Assembly: GCF_009914755.1 (NCBI RefSeq)
Contig: NC_060939.1
Reading direction: 5' to 3' (one strand)
DNA from: the human T2T-CHM13v2.0 reference genome, Homo sapiens
DNA length: 64,000 nucleotides
The notes under the pieces are model-generated. The model did no database searches. It was not told the DNA's origin and saw only the letters and a list, made by a program, of their open reading frames with translations. Positions 35,600-53,333 of this stretch are shown in pieces. Position numbers and translations under genes: made by a program. Each line of letters starts with the position of its first letter. Position 1 is the stretch's first letter.

Positions 35600-36490
35600 A
35601 CAATGAGATCACATGGACACAGGAAGGGGAATATCACACTCTGGGGACTGTTGTGGGGTGGGGGGGAGGGGGGAGGGATAGTATCCGGAGATATACCTAA
35701 TGCTAGATGACGAGTTAGTGGGTGCAGCACACCAGCATGGCACATGTATACATATGTAACTAACCTGCACGTTGTGCACATGTACCCTAAAACTTAAAGT
35801 ATAATAAAAAAAAAAGACGTAAAAAAAAAAAAGAAAATAACAGATTTTGGCAATGTGATGGAGAAAAAGGAATGCTTATAAACTACTGGTGGGAATGTGA
35901 ATTAGTTTGGCCACTATGGAAAGCATTTTGGAGATTTCTCAAAGAACTTAAAACAGAACTTCCATTCAACCCAGCAATCCTATTACTGGGTATATACCCA
36001 AAGAAATATAAATTGTTCTACCAAAAAGACATATGCACTCATATGTTCATCATAGCACTATTCACAATAGCAAAAACATGGAATCAACCTAGGTGCCCAT
36101 CAGTAGTGGACTGGATAAGGGAAATGTGGTACATATACACTGTGAAATGCTATACAGCCATAAAAAAGAACAAAATCATGTCCTTTGGAACAACATGGAT
36201 GCAGCTGGAGGCCATTATCCCAAGTAAATTAATGCAGGAGCAGAAAACCAAGTACTGTATGTTCTCACTTACAACACACATGGACACAAAGAGGGGTACA
36301 ACAGACACTAGGTCCTACTTGAGGGCGGAGGGTAGGGGAAAGGTGAGGATCAAAAAACTACCTATCAGGTACTATGCTCACTACCTGGGTGACAAAATCA
36401 TTTGTACACCAAACCCCAGCAACATGCAATTTACCCAAGTAACAAACCTGTACATGTGCCCCCTGAACCTAAAACAAAAGTTGAAAAAGA

Positions 36491-38838
<2,348 letters not shown>

Positions 38839-39289
38839 AAAAGTTGAAAAAGAAAAAAAAGCTCATCAGCTATATACACATCAAAAATTTCATATTCAAT
38901 TAATAAACTAAATGTTGCATAATAAAAAAATTAAAATGAGTTCCTTTGAGATAGTGAAAAATAAAAAATAAAATAAATTTGACCTAACAATTCCATTTAT
39001 GGAGAAATTCACACACATGTTCACAAGGAGACATACATCAATATGAATAGTCTTATAATGAGTGAAAAAAGCTACACATTTATATATCAGCTCATATCAC
39101 TTACATAAAGTTTTAAAATACAGAAAATAATACTCTAATGCCCGTAACTATATCCAGACATAATAAATATACAGAGGCATGAGAGGAAGGATACCAGCTT
39201 CAAGACAGTGGCCATCTCTGCAGGGAAAGAGAGGGAGAGAGAATAAAATGAGTAGGAATATACTGGAATATACCATCTGTCTTCTCTGG

Positions 39290-39650
39290 GTTCTCGTAGG
39301 TGATCTCATTTAGTACATAGTAGGCACTCTGGATATATGTGTTGAAAGAGTGAATGAATTAATCTAATACCATAGCATTAATTGAATACTGTCTAACTGT
39401 AGATGACTCCCAAGTTTATATCCCCCGTGTGGGCCTCTTTCAGGCTTCAAACTCAAATACTCAATAGCTAGAAAATCCCTCAGCTGTCTAACAGTCTTTA
39501 AACTCTAGTCTCCTCCCCTTAACACCACCTTTTTCTCTGGCCTTCCATAATTTAGCAAATGGTACTCCCACCCACTCAGTTGCTGAAAACAAAATCCTAA
39601 AAATTATCCCCAATCCCTGCCTTTTATGAGGTACTTCATTTCCAGCCTGT
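39290..39650. mobile_element. L2 fragments
   Basis: 'acatagtaggcactc...tgttgaaagagtgaatgaat' and 'gatgactcccaagtttatatc'. Confidence 0.55.
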
Positions 39651-41159
39651 TACACTCAATTGGGTCCTTTGATACGGGTCCCTGCACTCTTCAGCTCTCC
39701 AAATGCTGTCTTCAGCAATGTCCAAGCTATATCAGATCTCTGTGGCCAGGCTCCAGATTCTGAGCTGACACGGGTTGGCAAGCCCACACCCGTGACCTCA
39801 GGGTAAGGGAACACAGTAGTCAGCCGAGGGGTGTGTGCCCCACTGGCTGGCCCTCCATGACACAGCTGCGTATGTTTTGGTCCTGAGAGACCTCTTCTGA
39901 CATACGGTCCTCTGCAGCAGGCCTTGTGATGGCTACTTCAGATGGTTCCTGCTGGACAGCGCTGCATCCCTGTCTCGGAGGAGCGAAAGTGCTATTGTTG
40001 GCAAGAATTCCGAATAAGGAAAATTTTAAAAGTATCTCATCTGTGCTTCTCCAGGGATAAACAAAATATGACTTGTTCTTAGGCAATGCCAATCTATCAG
40101 CCCATATTAAGTGGAAATGAATAACATTATCATCTATTGGCCCATAGATGAGTGGCCATTACGTGAGGCTATTCTATACCAGAAATTCCCAACGGATGTG
40201 CCAGGAAAGGGTTAAAAGTTATGCTGAGACATTAATCCTCTCAGGCCTTGGGGTAGCAAGGCAGAGCCTGAAGCTACCAGAGCCCCAGGTGCCTGGATTA
40301 CTTGTACTGTCTTCTCCTGCTTTGAGGCCCACCTCAGTTTACCCTTGTGTGCTGCACAAACATCAATCTCTCGGGTACGATGAAGTGATGAAGATTGGGA
40401 AGTACTGTCCCAGACTCTGACTACAAAGCCGAATGAAATTTTTCAATAGGTAGAAACTGTCATTCATTTTCTTCTAACAAGTCTTCCTCATAAATACGAT
40501 GGCTTGAGCTAGAAACAAAAAGTTGTGTAGCTCAAACTCAGATTCTGTGCTTCCTGCCGAGAGACAGGTGAAGGTGGCCACCCCCAGGATGGGAACAGTT
40601 TTACTGAGTTAGACTCAGAAGGTAAAGAGGTCAGGTGGTGAAAAAAGCAATGAGAGAGCCACGTCACTAAGTGAATTAGAATGAATGAGGAACCACTGTT
40701 TGGCAGAGTCAAAACGGCCTCCCCTGGTGTGTCCTTCCCAGCCCTCATGGTACATAACAGTGAAGGAACTGAAGGTTATAGTGCAGAGTGCTATCAGAGT
40801 AAATGTTTTCTCAGATTGGGATTACAACTGACAAATTTGCTACAATCTCATTTTCTCCATCCATCAAAACTTTTCAATGCAGTTGCCTTATCTCAAAAGG
40901 AAATGGCTGGCAACTGTTTTCTTTCAAAACCATTATCATTTGAATAATTTTAAATGCCAATATTTCCATGTAAAGAAATACTAACCAGCTAATTTTGGAG
41001 AGCTTGGTTTCTCAAGGAATCATGTGTTTGGCTGTTCCTGCATAAATCAAAGTTTCCTCTGGATGAGAAGACACTGGCAGTGGGAAAGCAATGAATAATT
41101 TGGGAAAAACACCTTGCCACAAAGGACAATCAACCAAAAGACAGACAGTTCATTCATTC

Positions 41160-41370
41160 ACCCCAAGGTTCACAACCTCGGCACTGTGGATATTTTGGGC
41201 CAGGTGATTCCGGGACCTTGCTGCCCATTGTGGGACGTCTAGCAGTAAGCACCTCCAGTTATCTGTATCATACTAGTGGCACCTCCCACTTGTGACAGAC
41301 AAAAATGTCTCCACAGATTGTCAAATATCCTTGAAGGCCAAAACTGCTCCAGTTGAGAACCACCAGTTCA
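41160..41370. mobile_element. MER20 DNA transposon
   Basis: 'caacctcggcactgtggatattttgggcc' through 'cagttgagaaccac'. Confidence 0.75.
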
Positions 41371-42751
41371 AAAAATCCTTTTAATACCCTGTGCCCTGTG
41401 CAAGACATTGGAGATATAATGGTCTGTTCTCAAATAACTTACAATCTATTGAAAGAACTGAATGCTACAGAATCAAACACACAATAAGAAATACATCGTT
41501 ACAGGTTTGATGCATGTTAGGAAGTAGAGAATACTATGATATTTAAATAGAGGAATCTCACTTAGATGAGGCTGATGCCAGGAAGGCCTTAAGGAAATGA
41601 ACTCAAGTTGTAACCTATAGTTTAACAGGAGTAGCCGGAGAAGAGTGGAATAAACCTTTCAAGAAGAAACAACGTGGGCAGAGGCCCTGCGATGTGAGAG
41701 CCTTGCATGCTCGGGGATTAGCAAGGACAGCACAGCTAATGAATGCTGAGAAAGGCAGGGCCTGACCCCAGGTGAGGCCTCAAATAAGCACAGATCAGAT
41801 AATGAATTTCACAGGTCATGGTCAGAAATTCAAATTCATTTCTAAACCCAACTAGAAGCCACTTTATAGCACTGTTTTGGGTGTTTGCAGTGTATCAGTG
41901 AGAAAACAGACAAGGTGTTTGTCCTCAGTGAGCTTCTGCACCGGGGGAGCTGGTTTCTATAGCAGTGCTCTCTGCCACTGTGTGGAAATGGCTGGAAGGA
42001 GCCCAGCTGGCATACTTGGGAGGCCGAGGTCACAGTCCAGGAGGGAAACTCTGGAGGCTATCGGAGTAGCACTGCGATGTGGAAGGGGTATTACGTAAGA
42101 AACAGCAGTATCTGTAGACCTACAGGTTTGAAAGGGACCTTTAAGTGTCTTCTAATCCAGTTTCTATTTGATGGTGATAGGCTCTTTACAACAACCCTAG
42201 CAGAAGACGCACACCCCTGCCTGTGTCTCTGCAGTCATTCACTATCTGCTTCCTTTCATATTTGGGGCTGATCTCTGCCTCCTTGGAGCGCCCACGCATT
42301 CCTCCAAGTTCTACCCCTTTGTACCAGGCAAAAGAAGTCTGTGTACTCCCTTCAAACATTGGTTAATTTTCCAAACATTTAAAGATAATGAACTCCTCTT
42401 CCAGCTAAACATTCCCCCATCCTTCAGTTGATCCTCACATGACACAGCACGGAAAAGCTTCACCATCTGTGTTTCTTAAATAAACATACTTATCCACAGC
42501 CATCACCCCGTATTGTACAATATGTGTAACACAACCAGCATCACTCAATTAATACACAAATTCCCACCACTTTAATCTCCACCAAAAGAAAAGGTGAGCA
42601 CAATAAATTTAAAGTCAAATCCGGATGTCTACACTTTTGGCTTTACTTTTGGTGTATTTTTTTTTATATATTTATATATATATATGCTTATACATAATTC
42701 ACTTGGGCTTCATCTGTATTCCTCAAAAATGATTGCAAGAATGACCAAAAA

Positions 42752-43169
<418 letters not shown>

Positions 43170-43666
43170 TTACACCTCTGGGAATGACATCTGTACTACA
43201 GCTTCCATAAAATCATAGTGCTGTGTTTTTGAAGTGCTGTAACTAAATGCTGTGCTTGGGAATCTGTGGCTTTGCAGAAATGTCAAAAGCCCAGAAGATT
43301 GTGAATTACTCATAATGTCCCACTGCTCTTTGAATGACTCCATGTCTAAATCCGCAGTTGGCAATGAAACAAAGAGCTATATAATAAGCATTTTATGCTG
43401 TTTTGAAAGCAAATTTTTAGCTTTCACTGTATGAAAAAAATACATTCAGTCAGTTCAATTTTCTGAACTACTAGCAAAGTACATTCCTTTTTGTTATATA
43501 GGTTCTAATTATCCAAGTTGACAAGGTCACAGAAAAAAACAAATTGAGTTTTTTCCCCTTTTTTCCCTCCTCAAGGCAGTTGCATTAAATTTAAATTGAG
43601 TTCTGTGAACTCTGGCTACGCGTGGCCGTTTTCCTTTCAGTTGTCTGGAATATGAATTTTCTAGAC

Positions 43667-43830
43667 CAGTGCTTCCCAAACTGTAACATGCTCGCAAATC
43701 ACCTAGGGTTCTTGGTTAACTACAGATTCTCATGCTGGAGGTCACTGGTGGGGCCTGAGATATTGTATTTCTAGCAGTCCCTGGACTGTACCTGGGCTGA
43801 TGGTCAGACTGCACTTTGGAGAGCATGGTT
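43667..43830. mobile_element. MER5A-like
   Basis: 'cagtgcttcccaaact...aatcacct...gggcctgaga'. Confidence 0.55.
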
Positions 43831-44786
43831 GTCTGTTAGACCACAAACCCTCTCTGGATTGCTACTCTTTGTGAAAAGAAAAAGTTGCAGCAGAGGGTTG
43901 CCTAAGGGTCTTTCAACTTCTAAAATTCCATGCTTTCAAATAACTTTGACTTCCTTAGTCTCTATATTTCACAAGTAACTTTTCAGTCCAGAAAGGCAAC
44001 ATAAAATTGCAAGTATGTCTCACTTTATATAATAAATGGTTCTTTAAAAATAATCATTTTATAAAATAAATCATGTTTTTAAATTCTCCAGAAAAATGTG
44101 CTATTTAAAGAATTCTGTTTTTCTACAAAAGAATCCCAATGTGCTTATTTTCAAGTCTGAATTTTTATCAGTTTTTTTTTCTTTTAGTGCAGAACATCAA
44201 TGTAACACAAAAGTCCACTAATTTTGTAATATTTTCAAGATGGGAATGTTTGTTGAGGTCATGCCAATTGACTTTACAAATGTAGGGAAGAGTATAGTGA
44301 TCTCCGCTTTTTAAAAAATAGACCCAGTAAATGGAGTGGCACCATGGACATTTTTCCAGTGGGGAGAAGACACATGCAGCTGGTTTTCTCTGCTTAATCT
44401 TGTAGATCTCAGCCTAGGATGCAAATTAGAATCATTTAGTGGAAGAAGAGGACTGTCAAAAATTCCAGTGTCTCGATCTCACCTCTGTAGATTTAACTGG
44501 TCTGTGTTGGGACCTGGCTGTATTTTTCTATTAACGCCCAAGCCACTCTAGTTAGCTGTAGTCAACATAGCTAGCATGTAACAAGCTAGCAACACAGCAG
44601 TAACAAGTTGATCTGAGGCAAAAAGTCTGGAATCCTGGGAGATCTTCTTTACGGTGTGAGTAGTAGATCTTCTTGTGTGTTAGGCTTAAGTATAATTACA
44701 ATCCTCCTCTGATTCAAACAAAATAATTAGGACGTTTTCATGAGCTGCCTTGTATAGCATACTCCTGAGTTCCTTTAATAGGCCCT

Positions 44787-44951
44787 CTTTTGTTTTTTTT
44801 TTAAGAGACAGGGTCTTGTTCCGTTTCCAGGCTAGATTGTGCAGTGGGGCAATCATGGCTCACTGAAGCCTTGACTTCCTGAGCTCAAGCAAACCTCCTG
44901 CCTCAGCCTCCCAAACAGCTAGGACTACAAATATGTACCACCACTCCTGGC
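44787..44951 (-). mobile_element. Alu monomer (FRAM/AluJ-like)
   Basis: Single antisense arm; TSD tttaataggcc. Confidence 0.8.
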
Positions 44952-45434
44952 TTTAATAGGCCTTTTAAACAACAGGTCATCAAAAATATTTAAGCACCTG
45001 TCACCAAATGTCAGGCTTTCCCATTCTTAAACAAAAGGCTGGAATGATAACCTGATCAAGCAAAATGAAGTTTAACAAAAAGAAATATAACTTCCAACAA
45101 AAACGAAAAACCACTCTCAGCACCAGACAATTCCCCAGTGGAGGAAGTGTTGCTTAACAATAGTTCATGTGGAAAAGACATGGAGGCTTAATCAATTTCA
45201 AGCTCAGTATGAATTAACAGCATAATGCGACTAACAGCAATGGAAAACTAACCTACATCAATAGAAACAGAATTTTCAGAAAAACAGAGAAAACAGACCT
45301 GCTTGATTTTGTATGAGTCAGACCACATCTAGAAAACTGTGCTGACTTCTAGGTATAACATTTAAATAATCTGGATAAAATAGAACAAGAGAGTGATGAG
45401 GTAGGTGAAAAGACTCCACAGCATGTCTTAGGAG

Positions 45435-45530
45435 GTACGTTCGAAAGAGTTGTATGTATTTAGCCTGCAGAAACAGAGTCACGTACGTTCGAAAGAATTG
45501 TATGTATTTAGCCTGCAGAAACAGAGTCAC
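45435..45530. repeat. 48-bp tandem duplication (2 copies, 1 mismatch)
   Basis: gtacgttcgaaaga(g/a)ttgtatgtatttagcctgcagaaacagagtcac at 45435-45482 and 45483-45530. Confidence 0.95.
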
Positions 45531-45674
45531 GGAAGAGGTGGTAGGGCTTGATGACTGGTATCTGAGGGGCTACCATCTGGTTCTGTGCTGCTCTGCGGAG
45601 CTCTCCATAACTGAGATATTGTCAAGGTCACTTGCAAGGTATGTGGTATGAAATTTGGTATTAAAAATAGTTCA

Positions 45675-45979
<305 letters not shown>

Positions 45980-46189
45980 TCAAGTACCTAAGATTGCAAA
46001 TGACTTGAGGACTTCTGGGGCTGAAGAACAATGGTGGTAGCCTGATTACAAATTCCCCCCGCCGCCCCACCATTCTCCCCAAACAGCTATAGAATCAACA
46101 TGAACATATAGCTTCAGGTTTCCTAGGAAACAGAACACTGTTCAGCTTATCTATAAGGAGAAGAAAAAATATATACAAATTCCCCTCTC

Positions 46190-46420
46190 TAGATGGCAGC
46201 CCATATCCAGTAACAGGTTAATGTCCAAATACAGAGGCCCAGCCTCCTTGGCTCAATTGGGTCATCTCTGAAGGGCCACCCAGAACTAGAGCTCTCTGTA
46301 GGGTTGGTGGAGGCCTTGGTTGCACCCACATCAGAGTTCAACTTCTCCCTTTGCCCAGCCCAGCTACCCTCACTCCCTCACAGGTGTGGAAGCCCAGGGT
46401 ATCCCCAGATCCTCCTGTGT
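46190..46420. mobile_element. LTR16-like ERVL LTR fragment
   Basis: 'ctctgaagggccacccag...gagctctctgtagggttgg...gaggcc'. Confidence 0.4.
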
Positions 46421-48126
46421 ATGCATGCCCATGCACACATGTGCACACACACACACACCTATACATGCACACACAAACACTCTCAACTGACATGGCAGGA
46501 ACAAATAGCAACAGAAAGCTTCAAAGTGGGCAAAGCTTGCCTCAGGCTTTCGCCACAGCCTTGCTGACTTAGATCTCCCCCATTACTCTCTTCCTCTGGA
46601 CAGCCAATACCCTGGGGCCCTCTTGAGGCCTGGGCTTTCTCCACATTCTTCATGCTGTCTTGCATGCAGGTAGATTTAGGGGCTACCATCCAAACATTAA
46701 ACAGGTAGCTGCCCATGTAGGGCCTGTTCTGGCCTTAGCCCCTGCAGTCAGGCCTCTGTGGAGAGCTTTGAGGAGTGGATCTGGGTTTCCAACCCATCTA
46801 GATGACTCAGCAGAGTCAGTTCCATTCCTCTGAAAGACGTGACCATGTTTCCAGGCTCAGACTGAAGACGTCCTAGAAGTATGTCAGTTGCATGGAGGAA
46901 TCTTGAGGCCGAGGCCCATTGGAAAGGACAGGCATTCCATGATGTCTTAGCTCAGGCATCCAGGTCATTGGCCATGGATCCACGCGAAGAGTGCGTGCCC
47001 AGGACTGCTTTGCTCAGGACTTCCTGGGCCTGTCACATGTGCCAAGGAGACACCCTTTGAAGAACACAGCCCCTTTGAGCACCCAGAGTTCCACAGACGG
47101 CATGCGTGCTGTTCCCAAATCAGAGCACAGATCAAGCCATCTGCATCATAAATCACTCAGGTGCTAAAGCCCACATGATAAATCAAAATGAAAATGTTTG
47201 AAAAACTAATTTCTTTTACCCACATCTACACACTGAATGAGTGTTCAGGAATAAGGTTTCTTTTGTGTCACACAAAACTCTCTTCTGAGACTTAGGTAGT
47301 AGGGGTGGGGAGATGGCCACAGGGAGGGTGTGGCCACAGAAAACAGTGGGAGACTAGCAGGGACAGTGCTGGCCAGCATGGGGCCTCCCTATACCTGTTT
47401 TTACCAAGCTCTCTGGCCTAAGAACACATTAATAAAACTCTCATATCCTGCTGTGAATGTGCAGATTTATTAACAGGCCACAAACTGTGCCTGTGCCCCG
47501 GTCTAAAGTTCAGATTCCATATACGACATCTGTGTGTGTGCGTCTGTTTCTCTACTAATCAAAAGGAGACTATCTCTTCCTTTCAGGATTACATAAAAAT
47601 TCATTTCGTTTTGGGAAACGACGTTTAAAAATAATGGGAACAAGGGATGTCAGAGTTTCTTGTACTTGGTTCTTCCCCCTCCCTCACCCTCCTTTCCAAC
47701 TTCAGCAAGACATGGTCTGTGGTTCTGGGGACATCACAGTCCACATTTGGGACAGAGGAAAGAGAGGCAGGATTGGAATCCCACAGATATCAATGCCGTG
47801 CTCTCAGGAAGCAGCTCTCATCTTAAGCCCTTTCATTTGCAACTGCCTCCTTTGACTTCCTGCTGGCCAAACGACTTGGGTAGCCCAGCACCTCCAAAGA
47901 ACTAGTATTTTGAAAACCATTGCCAGAAAACATACAAAGCAAGAACTTTAGCACACTGGAGCTAATATGCAATAAATTGGAGTACGGAAGATCCCTCGTG
48001 TGACTAAGTCAGTCCTGAGTGACTGCAGGGAAGACAGGTCTGCTGTTGGAAACAGATGCCAGCAGCCAGAACCTCTTTGAGGAAACAGGGAGTACCAAAG
48101 AAAACTGGAATAAAAGCTTGTTTTAC

Positions 48127-49381
48127 ACTGGCTAGCCATACACAAAAAACAGAAACTGGACCCCTTCCTTACACCTTATACAAAAATTAACTCAAGATGC
48201 ATTGAAGTCTTAAATGTAAAACCTAAAACCATAAAAGCCCTAGAAGAAAACCTAGGCAATACCATTCAGGACATAGGCATGGGCAAAGACTTCATGACTA
48301 AAACACCAAAAGCAATGGCAGCAAAAGCCAGAATTGACAAATGGGATCTAATTAAACTAAAGAGCTTCTGCACAGCAAAAGAAACTAGCATCAGAGTGAA
48401 CAGGCCACCTATAGAATGGGAGAAAATTTTTGCAATCTATCCATCTGACAAAGGTCTAATATCCAGAATCTACAATGAACTTAAACAAATTTACAAGAAA
48501 AAAACAAACAACCCCATCAAAAAGTGGGTCAAGGGTATGAACAGACACTTTTCAAAAGAAGACATCTGTGTGGCCAACAAACATTTGAAAAAGAGCTCAT
48601 CATCACTGGTCATGAGAGAAATGCAAATCAAAACCACAATGAGATAGCATCTCACACCAGCTAGAATGGTGATCATTAAAAAGTTAGGAAACAACAGATG
48701 CTGGTGAGGCTGTGGAGAAATAATGCTTTTACACTGTTGGTGGGAGTGTAAATTAGTTCAACCATTGTGGAAGACAGTGTGGTGAATTTCACAAGGATCT
48801 AGAACCAGAAATACCATTTGACCCAGCAATCCCATTACTGGGTATATACCCAAAGGATTATAAATAATTCTACTATAAAGACACATGCATACATATGTTT
48901 ATTGTAGCACTATTTACAATAGCAAAGACTTGGAACCAACCCAAATGTCCATCAATGATAGACTGGATAAAGAAAATGTGGCACATATACACCATGGAAT
49001 ACTATGCAGCCATAAAAAAGAATGAGTTCATGTCCTTTGCAGGAACGTGGATGAAGCTGGAAACCATCATTCTCAGCAAACTAACACAAGAACAGAAAAC
49101 CAAACACTGCCTGTTCTCACTCGTAAGTAGAAGTTGAACAACGAGAACACATGGACACAGGGAGGGGAACATCACACACCGAGGCCTATCGGGGCTGGGG
49201 GGCAAGGGGAGGAAGAGCATTAGGACAAATACCTAATGCATGCAAGGCTTAAAAACTAGGTGATGGGTTGATAGGTGCAGCAAACTACCATGGCACATGT
49301 ATACATATATAACAAACCTGCATGTTCTGCACATGTATCCCAGAGCTTAAAGTAAAATAAATAAATAAATAAATAAAATAA
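48127..49381 (+). mobile_element. 5'-truncated L1PA (about PA5-PA7)
   Basis: ORF2 C-terminal fragments, 3'UTR and (AAAT)n tail. Confidence 0.9.
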
Positions 49382-49662
49382 GATGCTAATAAGAAAAATG
49401 TTTTTAATAATGCTAACAGACCAGTTTTGCATAATCATAGTGATAGGACACCAGCTATAGGGGATTCTAAAAGTACAAAAAAAAGAGATTGTTTTACTTA
49501 TTTAAACATCCTAGTATACTGTTTTCCATCAGAGGTCAGTTTGCCTAAAATTAAGAGCTGAAAAGACACGCTGTTATCATCAGCAACAGAGAGAGACACT
49601 GCAACATCTAAATGTGGTAATCATGATGATCCTATAGGAAGTAGCATCTGTTCTTTCCTGAC

Positions 49663-49964
49663 TTTTTTTTTTTTTTTTTTTGAGATGGAGTCTCACTCTG
49701 TCATCCAGGTTGGAGTGCAGTGGTGCAATCTCCACTCACTGCAAGCTCCGCCTCCTGGGTTCATGCCATTCTCCTGCCTTGGCCTCCTGAGAAGCTGGGA
49801 CTACAGGTGCGCTCCACCATGCCCGGCTAATTTTTTTTGTATTTTTAGTAGAGACAGTGTTTCACCGTGTTAGCCAGGATGGTCTTGATCTCCTGACCTC
49901 GTGATCCGCCTGCCTTGGCCTCCCAAAGTGCTGGGATTACAGGTATGAGCCACCGCACCTGGCC
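49663..49964 (-). mobile_element. AluY/Sc-like
   Basis: Antisense dimeric Alu. Confidence 0.9.
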
Positions 49965-50394
49965 TACATTGACAGCATTTCTAACATACTTTATTTCAAC
50001 AATCAGTCTTTGTGATATTTTTATAAATTATTGTTCAGGAAAGTGCAGTTTTACATTCACTCTTACCTACTAGCAGAATAGACTTAGAGGCTTCTTGGAT
50101 GTTACAGACTTTGTGTTCTTCCCTAACATGTTGACATCTACGAGGATGTGTCAAAAATGACCACCTGGAATGTGAGTCATGAAAGTCAACTGGCAAAAGA
50201 CAGCTTAGAAAACTGTCACTGGAGCCTTGGGTTTCAAGTCAAGGACTCACAATGTCAGCTGCAGCACTGTCTGCCTGAGCAAAATGAAGAGGCTTGCTGA
50301 GAGCCAACTGCCCGACAACGACTCATTCCCAGGCTCTCTGTAGTTTGGTAGAAAGAACCTGCTAAAGTAGTAATATTGATCATATTGATCATGA

Positions 50395-50610
50395 CAATGG
50401 CAGCTAACATTTATCATGTGCTTACTATGTGCCACCCACTGTTCTAAGGGCTTTATCCTTCAATGCAGGCACTAATATCATGATCCCCATTTTACAGGTG
50501 AAGAAACCGAGGCAGTGAACAAAGTAATATACCCAAGATCACATTGCCAGTGAATGGGAGAGCTGACGTTTCAATCTACACAGAACCTGTGCTCTTAGCT
50601 ATCTAACCGC
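50395..50610. mobile_element. MIR
   Basis: 'atccccattttacaggtgaagaaaccgaggc...cccaagatcaca'. Confidence 0.7.
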
Positions 50611-50636
50611 TTTACTTGGAAGTGATGTGAGATTAA

Positions 50637-51067
<431 letters not shown>

Positions 51068-52980
51068 TGTATTCACTATTTATTTTTATTTTTTGAAATT
51101 TTTGTGGGTACCCAGTAGGTGTATACATATATATATTTTAACTCTTGAAAATTTTTGAATATTCACTATTTTATAACTCCATACAAGTATTTTAAACTAA
51201 TTTTCTGGTTTTTCTAGTTATTAATTTTTTTACCTTAACTCAAATAAAGAATAATTTAAAAGGTGAAGTGTTACAAGTTAAGAGACTCAAGTTCTAGTCT
51301 TGGCTTTGCCATGAAATTACTGTGTGAATTTGGTCTTAGGCTTTGGTTTCCTCATGTTTGTTAGCATGTTCCTCTCTTTAGCTAAAACAGTTCAGTGTAT
51401 GTAAAGTGTCATTCTATGAACTGAAGAGATCCTGCCTGTTGAGTTGCAGATGGCTGGGCAGGTTGCCAAGGGGCTGGTTTCTCCATGCTGGCTTTCGTGT
51501 CTGCATGCTACAGTTCCCCCCGCACGTCTTGACTACTCACCAGCACAAGATATCACACAGACATGCTTGAGCTGGCCAGGATCCAGGATGATATTTAGAA
51601 AGAAGAGAATAAAAGCTTAAGGATGATCAAGTCCTCTTAAGTAATATTAAACAAAAGCATACTATTTTCCTTCTAATTTCCTCTCAAGGCACTTCTCATG
51701 TTAGCAAAGAAAATGACAAGATGAGTGTCAGCCTGTCATATTTTCTGATGTAATGTATGGGCTAGTAGCTCATCACAAAATCAACCATTTTATAGGAACT
51801 AGATAAGTTTCAGTGCCAAGCCTTGTTCTCAAGCAGCAGGATGCCTGCTAAGCAGGGTCCATATAAGCTAGAGTTTTGAAATTATAGTGATATTTTTATT
51901 TTAAGGCATTCAAGAGCAAAAGCAAATAGTGGAAGGTTCTCATTCATCAAATGCAATGACCTTATTGTTTAGAAAAAATAAGATGTGACTATTACCAAAA
52001 ATGCTATTTTAAAAGTATAATCACCTTCTTTTCAGTCTGCCATGAAAATTCATGGAGACCAAAAATGATTAATACATTATTTTGTAACTTGCTACCCAAA
52101 ACAGGGTGGTTTGTTTTCCAAATTTTGTATTCTTTGCATATTTAAAGTTACTTACTGAGAGTTTTCCATGTGTAAGGAATTGAAGGAACAAACTCACAAT
52201 CTCTGTTACAAGATTTAAAAGAAATTTTTGGAGGCACATGAACATCTGCAATTTCATTTGTAAAGTATCCAAGAATCTGTCGCCTTAGTAACAATCAAAT
52301 GCATTAAATGCTAAACGCTGATTAAATAGAGTTGAAAATGGATTTGTTAGTTATCCCTCTAAGAATTTTAACTCCAGCCGCTAGCCCTCTCCTCCCCTTT
52401 GCAATGCAACTATGCCTTCAAATAGTGTTCTTTAAAAGGAGGCTTTACGGCTTTGGAGGAATAAGCTGATTTCACAGCCAGTTTTGCCACTGCTGTGGAA
52501 AACAGAGTACACATGCAAGACTGCTGAAGTCATACAAACTGCAAGGATTATGGCTGTGGGGGCCTCCACAACTCCTGTCAAACTGCAATTGGAAACAGCT
52601 TCTCCAAAGGACAACATGAGAAATCAGGAATTCTTGTCCATGGCTCCCCAACCTGCTGGGTTTCTAATCAGGCCTGGCATGACCCATTAGAGATCAGACA
52701 TAGGAAAATCACAATGAAACTAGGGTATCTTCTGTTTTCCAAGCTTCACTCCCCCAGATCCTTTTCAAGCCTGTAATTATTGTCTCTCACCAGTTAATAA
52801 GGGAACCGTTTCTCCATGGGGACAGGAGCTTCTGGAAGGCTGGACCCAATCATTACAGGCTCAGTCCAGGGCCTTTCCTTCACACCAACTACTGCAGGTA
52901 CAAACTGTCTAACTGATCCAGTTCTTATTTAACTTGTCTCAGTTACTTCGACTTTATCACTCACTCAGAGATAAGACAAC

Positions 52981-53333
52981 TGTCAGTCCTCTGAGCCTAA
53001 GCTAAGCCATCATATCCCCTGTGACCTGCACACACACATCCAGATGGCCTGTTCCTGCCTTAACTGATGACATTATCTTGTGAAATTCCTTCTCCTGGCT
53101 CATTCTGGCTCAAAAGCTCCCCTACTGAGCACCTTGTGACCCCCACTCCTGCCCACCAGAGAACAAACCCCCTTTTTCCTTTACCTACCCAAATCCTATA
53201 AAACGGCCCCACCCCTATCTCCCTTCACTGACTCTCTATTCGGACTCAGCCTGCCTGCACCCAGGTGAAATAAACAGCCTTGTTGCTTACACAAAGCCTG
53301 TTTGGTGGTCTCTTCACACGGACGTGCGTGAAA
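52981..53333 (+). promoter_or_regulatory. 5' LTR7 (353 bp)
   Basis: tgtcag...gtgaaa; TATA 'tataaaa' at about 53197; AATAAA at about 53269. Confidence 0.9.
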
